A stretch of DNA of 64,000 nucleotides from contig JBDTYQ010000001.1 in the NCBI GenBank assembly GCA_040005515.1, positions 14,793 through 78,792 on the forward strand. The letters are read 5' to 3'. Below the pieces are notes generated by a model. That model saw only the letters and a list, made by a program, of their open reading frames with translations, ran no database searches and was not told where the DNA came from. This document shows, piece after piece, positions 57,508 through 64,000 of this stretch; the first letter of the stretch is position 1; each line of letters begins with the position of its first letter. A program made the translations under genes and the position numbers. Origin of the DNA: a bacterium. GTDB taxonomy: Bacteria > Acidobacteriota > Blastocatellia > Pyrinomonadales > Pyrinomonadaceae.

Positions 57508-58344
57508 ATGAAAACTTTTGTCATCGGAGACGTACATGGTCGTTGCGCTCAAATGCAGACCCTGCTGGAAATGCTGCCGCGAAATGAAGCCACTGATCGA
57601 CTCGTGTTTCTCGGCGATTTAATCGATCGCGGTCCCGATGCGCCCGGTTGTGTGTCACACGTACTTAAGCTCGTTACTGACAGTCCGGAACTAGTCACCT
57701 GTTTGCGCGGAAACCATGAACAGATGCTCCTCGACTTTATTGAGGGCACAAATAACCTGTGGATCACGCCTGTGACAGGCGGTGAGCGTACTTACGAACA
57801 GTACGTGGGCCAGTCTCTCGCAGTGAATAGTGAAATGGACATGAATGAAGCGCGGCGGACAGTAGAGCAGAAGGTCCCGTCGGAACATCTGGAGTTTTTC
57901 CGTTCACGTCCTTATTTCCATGAAGACGAGTTTGCCATCTACGTCCACGCTGGTCTGGATCATGGTAAACATCCGAGCGAGAGTTCGCCGCAGTTACTGA
58001 TCTGGTCACGCGATATGGATTTTTATAAGAATTACCGGGGCAAGCCCTGCGTCTTCGGTCACACCCCCACACCTTTCCTGCCTTTGCGCGGGCGCGTCGG
58101 ACGTCATGGGATCTACATCTTTCACAGCGCGATCGGCATCGACACGGGCTACAACCACCAGTCGCCATTGAGTTGTCTATCGCTACCGGACTTCACTCTG
58201 TACCAGTCGTTTGCCGACGGGCACGAAGAGACTCACCAGATAACTTCGTTCATTCCGGATACGCTGAAAGCGATGCAGAAAAAAGCAAGACTCAAGTCTC
58301 AAGACTCAAGTCTCAAGACCCAAGACCCAAGCCCTGAGATTTGA
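57508..58344 (+). CDS. PPP-family metallophosphoesterase (Ser/Thr phosphatase, PrpA/ApaH-like)
   Basis: VIGDVHG, GDLIDRGP, RGNHE and later His motifs (VHAGL, GHTP). Starts 19 nt after the kinase stop. The last 20 or so codons are encoded by the heptamer array. Confidence 0.85.
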   Translation: MKTFVIGDVHGRCAQMQTLLEMLPRNEATDRLVFLGDLIDRGPDAPGCVSHVLKLVTDSPELVTCLRGNHEQMLLDFIEGTNNLWITPVTGGERTYEQYVGQSLAVNSEMDMNEARRTVEQKVPSEHLEFFRSRPYFHEDEFAIYVHAGLDHGKHPSESSPQLLIWSRDMDFYKNYRGKPCVFGHTPTPFLPLRGRVGRHGIYIFHSAIGIDTGYNHQSPLSCLSLPDFTLYQSFADGHEETHQITSFIPDTLKAMQKKARLKSQDSSLKTQDPSPEI

Positions 58345-58372
58345 GACCTGAGTCTTGAGACTTGAGTCTTGC
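58285..58372. repeat. Inverted pair of heptanucleotide arrays forming a long hairpin (probable bidirectional terminator)
   Basis: (CAAGACT/CAAGTCT/CAAGACC)n followed by (TGAGATT/TGAGACC/TGAGTCT/TGAGACT)n. The outer 24 bp are perfectly complementary (58285-58308 vs 58349-58372), and about 8 more pairs follow one mismatch. It spans the phosphatase stop codon and ends 2 nt before the convergent gene's stop codon. Confidence 0.85.
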
Positions 58373-58373
58373 T

Positions 58374-59105
58374 TCACACCATCGCAAATGCCCGCACCGG
58401 GAAAGTCCCGAAGCCTTTCACCTTCACCGGCACCGCAAAGAAACGAAAGCCCACTTTCGGCAGCTCGCGCAAACCACACAAGTGCTCGACGATTGGGATG
58501 CCTCGCGCCAGCAGGATTGAATGCGCAGGCCGGCTTCCGCTACTCGTGTCGTCAATGTTGTAGGAGTCGATGCCTACGAGTGTGGCGCCAGCGTCTGCCA
58601 ACAACCCGGCTGCGGCGGCGGAGAGAAACGGATGTTTGCCGTTTGCGTAGTCGTCGGTTCTCCAACGCATGTCCCAGCCTGTATGAAACAGCACTGCCTT
58701 TCCTCGCACATCATGGTGTCCTACTTCATCAGGCAGGATCGCGCGTCCCCTTGCGGGGATTGAATCACCCGGGACGATACCGATGTTTGGAAATGCAGCC
58801 TGTTCCAGTGTGCGTTCATCCGTGCCGACGTGGCGCATCACGATCCCTTCGAGATTGGCAAGTGATTCGAGTGGCAGCTCCGAGAGGTCGGCGCCATTCG
58901 CATAACGATGGAAAGGGCTATCAAGGTAAGTGCCCGTGTTCGCGACCATCTCAATCCTGCCGATTTGAAACTGGGTGCCGGGTTCGTAAAGAGCCTTCGA
59001 CTGCTCACGGCTGAGATGATCGGAGATGACGGGCGCCGGCAGACCCTTGTAGGTGATCATGCCGTGTTCGACGGTGTGACTGAGGTCGATTAACTTGACT
59101 GACAT
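58374..59105 (-). CDS. Putative cyclase / kynurenine-formamidase-fold family protein (divergent metal site)
   Basis: Family-like N-terminus (LIDLSHTVEHGM.TY) and the core motif region NTGTYLDSPFH, where family members normally read HxGTHxDxPxH. Confidence 0.65.
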   Translation of the reverse strand: MSVKLIDLSHTVEHGMITYKGLPAPVISDHLSREQSKALYEPGTQFQIGRIEMVANTGTYLDSPFHRYANGADLSELPLESLANLEGIVMRHVGTDERTLEQAAFPNIGIVPGDSIPARGRAILPDEVGHHDVRGKAVLFHTGWDMRWRTDDYANGKHPFLSAAAAGLLADAGATLVGIDSYNIDDTSSGSRPAHSILLARGIPIVEHLCGLRELPKVGFRFFAVPVKVKGFGTFPVRAFAMV

Positions 59106-59264
59106 TTTCTGGATCAGACCTTACCGCCAAGTCGCCTAGGTAGGCAGAGTGAGCCAAGATTTAAGAACCCAAGCTCAGCTTTTCGGTCTTAAAGCTAAAA
59201 TTCCCTGCCGTACTTGGCGTGTCGTGGCAACCTGGCCATTAGCTTTCAGTACTGCAACGCGACA

Positions 59265-60185
59265 CTAGCTTTTTCTTTCGAGAATAAAATCCGCAATCGC
59301 ACGCAATCGCGCGGTTGGGCGTTCGATCTGATCGAGGGCGGCGCACGCCAGTCCGTAAACCGAAGCCGCTCGCTGCTGCGTGGCCTCGATCCCGTAGAGC
59401 GCCGGATAAGTAGCTTTGCTGGAACGCGCATCCTTCCCGGGAGTCTTGCCCAGCGTCTCCGCCGTAGCACTGATATCTAACAAGTCGTCGGTAATCTGGA
59501 ACAGCAGACCAAGCTGGGCTGCGTATACGCCGACCGCCTCCAATTCCTTTGGGGTTGCGCCGGCAATCAGAGCGCCGCATCGCGCGGCAGAGATGATTAG
59601 CGCTCCGGTTTTTAGTCGGTGTATCTGCTCCAGCTCCTCTCCGGTTACCGCACGCGACTCGGCATCGAGATCAAGAGCTTGTCCGGCTACCATGCCCGCT
59701 GGTGCGCCGGCCGCATTGGCAAGTTCACTGACTAAACGCACCCGGATTTCCGCAGGCAATAGTTTTTCTTCGGCGATGGTCTGAAAGGCCAGGGTTTGCA
59801 ATGCATCGCCCGCCAGGATCGCGGTAGCGTCTCCGAAGCGAACGTGACACGTCGGGCGGCCCCGACGCAGGTCGTCGTTATCCATTGCGGGCAGATCATC
59901 GTGGATTAGCGAGTAGGTATGGACCATTTCCAGAGCGGAAGCGGTGGAGAGCAATAACTGGTTGGGTGCACCGAAAGACTCGCCTACTGCGAGCAGCAGC
60001 AGCGGTCGAAGTCGCTTACCACCGGCGAAGACGCTCCAACGAATTGCGCTGTGGACTGAGATCGGTTCAATCGTCTTTCCGGGGAGCAGCTCGTCAAGGG
60101 TGCGATCGATTAGTGTCCGTCCCTCAGTAAAGAAACGACGCAGGTCTGATTCGATCAAAGGCGCCCGTTCGGAAGTCGTTTTCAT
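59265..60185 (-). CDS. ispA: Polyprenyl diphosphate synthase (FPP/GGPP synthase)
   Basis: First Asp-rich motif LIHDDLPAMDNDDLRRGRP, second FQITDDLLD. Immediately downstream of xseB, as in the classical xseB-ispA arrangement. Confidence 0.88.
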   Translation of the reverse strand: MKTTSERAPLIESDLRRFFTEGRTLIDRTLDELLPGKTIEPISVHSAIRWSVFAGGKRLRPLLLLAVGESFGAPNQLLLSTASALEMVHTYSLIHDDLPAMDNDDLRRGRPTCHVRFGDATAILAGDALQTLAFQTIAEEKLLPAEIRVRLVSELANAAGAPAGMVAGQALDLDAESRAVTGEELEQIHRLKTGALIISAARCGALIAGATPKELEAVGVYAAQLGLLFQITDDLLDISATAETLGKTPGKDARSSKATYPALYGIEATQQRAASVYGLACAALDQIERPTARLRAIADFILERKS

Positions 60186-60188
60186 TAC

Positions 60189-60464
60189 CTACTCGTCTTC
60201 GGTAGCATCGGCAAGCGATTCCTTCTGTTCCGCGAAAGCGCTGACGACAGCTCGTCCCTGGTTGTCGCGCAGCAACACTTCGATGCGCCGTTCCGCCTGG
60301 CCCAGTCGCTCCTGGCATTCACGCGAGAGTCGAATACCCTGCTCGAAGAGTTCCAGGCTCTTTTCGAGCGGCAGGTCACCTTGCTCGAGGTCGCGGACAA
60401 TCTGCTCTAAAGCCTCGAGGGAGACTTCAAAACTCTTCGCTTGCTTCTCTTCTGTTTTCATCAA
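60189..60464 (-). CDS. xseB: Exodeoxyribonuclease VII small subunit
   Basis: About 91 aa. SFE.SLE.LE.IV..LE.GDLPLE.SL..FE.G..L...C motif. Confidence 0.9.
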   Translation of the reverse strand: MMKTEEKQAKSFEVSLEALEQIVRDLEQGDLPLEKSLELFEQGIRLSRECQERLGQAERRIEVLLRDNQGRAVVSAFAEQKESLADATEDE

Positions 60465-60492
60465 GGCACCTTATGATGGGTCAACATCTTTG

Positions 60493-60593
60493 GAGTGCGG
60501 CGACCTGTGGCCGCGTCGGTTCACACTGGCATGCAACGTACGTCGGAATGCGACAGGTCGCATTCGACAAAGCGGAGGCAGGTCTCCGCACTC
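60493..60593. other. Nested palindromic structured element between xseA and xseB
   Basis: Outer arms GAGTGCGGCGACCTG (60493-60507) and CAGGTCTCCGCACTC (60579-60593) pair at 14 of 15 positions. The inner hairpin GAATGCGAC-AG-GTCGCATTC (from 60546) is extendable with one bulge. Confidence 0.5.
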
Positions 60594-60642
60594 TAAGGAG
60601 TTGTGGCGGCACAAACTTCGTTGATTCTTGGGTCCCGAAATG

Positions 60643-62046
60643 CTAACCCTCCTCAGCGCGTTCAACACGCGCCTCGATGCGGCCCTTTGCCAGACGCACC
60701 TGCAGTGACTCACCAATCTTTACTGATTGCGCTTCGCGCACCAACCGTCCGTCTTCATGCTGAGCAATTGCATAACCACGCTGCAACACCGCCAGAGGCG
60801 AGAGCGCGTCAAGCGATGCGGTCGCCAGGCCGAATCGAGAACGTGCTTCCTCGAGATGCGTTGTCGCCGCTGCAGCGCAACCGCTCCGCGCGGAATCCAG
60901 ACGCATGCTGGCATTTGCCAGTTGTGTTTGAAGGCGAGCCGGAGAAAGTTTGAAAGCCACGTGCTCGGCACGCCCACGCGCATTACGCATTGTCTGATTA
61001 ATCAGAAGTTGCAATCGGTGTGTTGCGGCGTTCGTGTCTGTTCCGGCGTCGCGCAGGCGCGCGCGCACTTCGTCAAAGACCTGGGACAGGGCGTGATGCT
61101 GCACTCGTGTACGTGCGTCGACAATTTTGAACCTCATCAGCCGCGAGAGGCTCTGTTCCAGAGCGGCGAGTGTCGAGCAGACTTGATCTTCTTGGGCGGC
61201 GACTAGCTCGGCCGCAGCCGAGGGCGTTGGCGCTCGCACGTCTGCTGCGAAGTCTGCAATCGTGAAGTCGGTTTCGTGGCCCACAGCAGAGATCACGGGA
61301 ATAGTCGAGGCTCTAATCGCGCGGGCGACTTCCTCTTCATTGAAGGACCACAAGTCTTCGGTCGATCCGCCTCCCCGACCAACGATCAGAACATCTACGA
61401 GGTCTGCAGTGCGGCCGCTGCGCTCGGCGGCCTTGTGGTGATCGTTAATAGATCGAATAGCGCGCGCGATATCCCGGCCCGCGCCGTCGCCCTGCACGCG
61501 TGCGGGAGAGAAGAGCACGTGGACGGTGCGAGTGCGGCGCGAAATGACGTTGATGATGTCGCGAATTGCTGCGCCAGTAGGTGATGTAACTACGCCCACG
61601 CGGCGGGGAAAAATGGGCAGCGGACGCTTCAGTTCTCGCGCGAAAAGACCCTCTGCCTGCAGCCGATCACGAAGTTGTTCGAACGCGATTCGTAATGCGC
61701 CTTCGCCAACCGGGTCGAGCGCTTCCACGATCAGTTCATACTCGCCACGGACCTCATAAACACTGAGGCGGCCGCGCGCTCTCACGTGCAAGCCGTCGCG
61801 CGGGCGAAAACGGATGCGGCTGTTTGTTGAGCGAAAGCACTTGGCGCGCAGTTGCGCTCCCTCATCCTTGAGCGTGAAATACCAGTGACCGGAAGAATGC
61901 GCTTTGAAGTTCGAGATTTCCCCTTCGATCCAGACTGACGAAAACCTCGCTTCCAACGCAGTGCGCACGGCGCTCGTCAGCTCCGTGACGGTCATTGGTC
62001 GGCGTTCTGCTTCGTCAAAGAGTGCGGCAAAGAGTGGCTGAGTCAT
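60643..62046 (-). CDS. xseA: Exodeoxyribonuclease VII large subunit
   Basis: OB-fold N-terminus (TVTELTSAVRTALEARFSSVWIEGEISNFK.HSSGHWYFTLKD) and the catalytic region GRGGGS.EDLW.FN.E. The ATG at 62046 is preferred, because the track's 45-aa N-terminal extension has no family counterpart. Confidence 0.9.
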   Translation of the reverse strand: MTQPLFAALFDEAERRPMTVTELTSAVRTALEARFSSVWIEGEISNFKAHSSGHWYFTLKDEGAQLRAKCFRSTNSRIRFRPRDGLHVRARGRLSVYEVRGEYELIVEALDPVGEGALRIAFEQLRDRLQAEGLFARELKRPLPIFPRRVGVVTSPTGAAIRDIINVISRRTRTVHVLFSPARVQGDGAGRDIARAIRSINDHHKAAERSGRTADLVDVLIVGRGGGSTEDLWSFNEEEVARAIRASTIPVISAVGHETDFTIADFAADVRAPTPSAAAELVAAQEDQVCSTLAALEQSLSRLMRFKIVDARTRVQHHALSQVFDEVRARLRDAGTDTNAATHRLQLLINQTMRNARGRAEHVAFKLSPARLQTQLANASMRLDSARSGCAAAATTHLEEARSRFGLATASLDALSPLAVLQRGYAIAQHEDGRLVREAQSVKIGESLQVRLAKGRIEARVERAEEG

Positions 62047-62080
62047 GGAAGGATGAAGGATGAAGGATGCAGGATGAAAA
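62047..62080. repeat. Heptanucleotide array (minus strand TTCATCC x4) directly abutting the xseA start codon
   Basis: The plus strand reads GGAAGGA TGAAGGA TGAAGGA TGCAGGA TGAAAAG. Confidence 0.75.
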
Positions 62081-62177
62081 GTAAACTCCATGCGAATTGG
62101 AGGAAAATCCGAACGAAGGAAGGCTTTACACTTGCGGGCAAACTGACAGTTCGCGTTACGGCAACTATTGGTTCGCG

Positions 62178-63908
62178 TCACGGCGTCGCGAGGTTGACCA
62201 CCGGACTGAGACGTACTGAAGCACCCTCGCGGTTGGTGCGTACACGCACTCGGCGATTGCCGGAGGGAGTTGAGTTTGAGGCGTAGGTGATCGTGTAGGC
62301 AGTGCGCAGTTGCAGCACAACATCGTCGTAGGCTCGCTGCAGATCCTCAATTCGCCGGATCGGATAGTAGACACCGCCTGATGCCGCCGCGAGTTGTCGT
62401 CCTTCTTCCTCGGCACGAGTCGTAAGCGTCAGATAGCGAAAGCGCAGCGGGTCCATCGTAGCCTCCGGCCGAGGCACGCTCGATTCGGGAATCAAACCCG
62501 ACGGAACATAGAGTGGATAGATCAAAGCGCCTGATTCACTTAACGCATTCAGTAGAGCGGGGAACGGCACAAACGATCTGTTGTCGTCTCCATCCGACAT
62601 AACAACGATAGCGGTACGTTCTCCCCGCAGGCGCTTGAGTGGATCGCTTAGGACGTAAGCCAGCGCGTCGTAGAGTGCGGTGGCGCCGCCTGCATCGATT
62701 TCATCAAGCTTTTTCGAGAGCATGCTGCGATCCGTCGTGAAGTCGGAAATCACCTGGATATCGTCCCGAAAACTGATAATGGAAATCCGATCCTGTGGGC
62801 TTGCGGTGTGGAGAAAGTCGCGCGCCGCTTTGCGGATGAAGTCGATCCGCTCTTCCACACTGCCTGAGACATCGAGCAGGAGCACGAGGTTGAATGGCTC
62901 GTGTGTTTGCGCTACGTCTGTCACTCGTCGTTCGACGCCGTTCTCTTCAACTGTGAAATCCCTTTCATTCAGCCCCCCAATAGCGCGGCCATTGAGGTCA
63001 GTCACACTCGCGTTCAGGCGCATCAGCTGCGGCGCAACCTCCGTTACGATCTGACCCGGCGGCCGTCGGCTCACAAGTGTCGGTTCCTTCTCAGGTGGTG
63101 GCAAAGTCTTTGCGAAATCGCCAAACAACTTGGGCGAGACCTTACGAATGGCATCGATCAACTCCCGATCGCCGCCGCGCACAATTGCGCGAGCTGCTTC
63201 CGTCAAAGGCCGGTCGCGCAAATCGCTCGGTACCATTGTGGGATCGACATTGAGCAGCACAACGCCACGTTGTGTCAGGAAATCGAGTTGAACTTGTTCT
63301 TGCTTTCGTTCCTTCTTTGGTTTCTTTTCGCCGAGCTTTCCTGAAATTGAAAAGAAACCACCGCGCTTTTCTTTGACCTGGGGTAGTTGAACGTCGCTCA
63401 GGTAGCGCGGCCGGCTCGCCTGCCACAGAAAGGTGAACTTCAGTGATCCGAGAGGCACGTCAGCGTGGATGGTACCGGTGTTAGTCGCAACTTCCGCCGC
63501 CTCGAAGTTACCCACAATGTCTACCGCACCGTCTTCGCTCTCCACTCTCGCCTTCGATCGAGGCGGAATCCGCACGACAATATCAATTCGATCCTTCAGC
63601 GAGCGTTTCCGAACGTTGATGGTGATGGACGCGTCTTTACGTTCGACTAGTATGTCGCCCGGATCGATGGGAGCGCCTGTAGAGTTAGCCTCAATCGTTA
63701 CCTTCTTGATCTGTTCTTCGGCGGCGATGACGCTGACGCGACCGTTCAGGTTCTTGACGTAGACGGAGACTCGCTCTGCGGTGTCCAGATCGCGCTGGAA
63801 ATTTTGGGCGAAAGCCGGGTAGCAGAGTGCAGCGAGGAGAGCGAGCGCCGAGATAAATTTCGACCTATTGCGAACGGGCCGGCGCTGCCGGAAAACGGGG
63901 TAATGCAT
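62178..63908 (-). CDS. Secreted VWA-domain protein with N-terminal beta-rich (DUF4097-like) module; third VWFA paralogue
   Basis: Signal peptide. Repetitive beta-strand N-domain (VSVYVKNLNGRVSV ... DIVGNFEAAEVATNTGTIHADV). MIDAS LLDVSGSV, VMSDGDDN, and tail YTITYAS...NRRVRVRT. Confidence 0.8.
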   Translation of the reverse strand: MHYPVFRQRRPVRNRSKFISALALLAALCYPAFAQNFQRDLDTAERVSVYVKNLNGRVSVIAAEEQIKKVTIEANSTGAPIDPGDILVERKDASITINVRKRSLKDRIDIVVRIPPRSKARVESEDGAVDIVGNFEAAEVATNTGTIHADVPLGSLKFTFLWQASRPRYLSDVQLPQVKEKRGGFFSISGKLGEKKPKKERKQEQVQLDFLTQRGVVLLNVDPTMVPSDLRDRPLTEAARAIVRGGDRELIDAIRKVSPKLFGDFAKTLPPPEKEPTLVSRRPPGQIVTEVAPQLMRLNASVTDLNGRAIGGLNERDFTVEENGVERRVTDVAQTHEPFNLVLLLDVSGSVEERIDFIRKAARDFLHTASPQDRISIISFRDDIQVISDFTTDRSMLSKKLDEIDAGGATALYDALAYVLSDPLKRLRGERTAIVVMSDGDDNRSFVPFPALLNALSESGALIYPLYVPSGLIPESSVPRPEATMDPLRFRYLTLTTRAEEEGRQLAAASGGVYYPIRRIEDLQRAYDDVVLQLRTAYTITYASNSTPSGNRRVRVRTNREGASVRLSPVVNLATP

Positions 63909-64000
63909 AAGCGTCGATCTTGCCCGCCAGATGCCGTGCGGTCAAGTGAACACAATCTCCGGTGCTCAGATTCTGTTGAGTAGCCTTACGACTCGAACGC

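Noticed and set aside
62047-62181. 45-aa N-terminal extension of xseA overlapping the upstream VWA gene end.
   Set aside because: The extension is translated from the heptamer array and spacer. The OB-fold N-terminus begins right after the ATG at 62046.
1-64000. Mobile elements, prophage or defence islands.
   Set aside because: I found no integrase, transposase, recombinase, phage structural genes, toxin-antitoxin pairs or restriction-modification signatures in any frame. The window looks like core chromosome.

Overview
This is a gene-dense chromosomal segment of about 50 supported CDS. I recognised no rRNA, tRNA, CRISPR array, transposase, integrase or prophage genes. The content points to an Acidobacteriota-type genome, by inference only: three secreted VWA paralogues with a DxSxS MIDAS motif and a shared C-terminal tail, a CarboxypepD_reg-type TonB-dependent receptor, two Ser/Thr kinases with TPR tails, and large PAS/GAF histidine kinases.

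Recognisable housekeeping blocks:
- purF-(MBL)-purM-(large membrane phosphoesterase)-purN
- proC and tyrS
- a thiolase
- nadC-nadA-nadB
- DUF1015-serA-SDR-serC-rluD
- ptrB
- xseA / xseB-ispA

Candidates most worth follow-up:
1. A tightly packed minus-strand operon at 45923-49723. It encodes an unknown DxD protein, a thioredoxin-reductase-like flavoprotein without a CxxC, DUF309, a DUF4149 membrane protein and a short GrdB-like protein. A strictosidine-synthase-like gene and an orphan type III PKS lie next to it.
2. A 1002-aa fusion of a metallophosphoesterase to about 10 TM helices, sitting between purM and purN. A ComEC-type MBL nuclease domain is translationally coupled to purM in the same cluster.
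3. A monocistronic secreted protein made almost entirely of R-G-D-R-R-E-x heptad repeats.
4. A family of short tandem heptanucleotide arrays (GATTNNN, CGTGAAT, TTCATCC, CAAGACT) in intergenic regions. They often abut start or stop codons and twice form long inverted arrays.
5. Structured insertions between xseA and xseB and in the fdx-like/grx-like divergent region.

All functional calls come from motif reading by eye. No database search was run.
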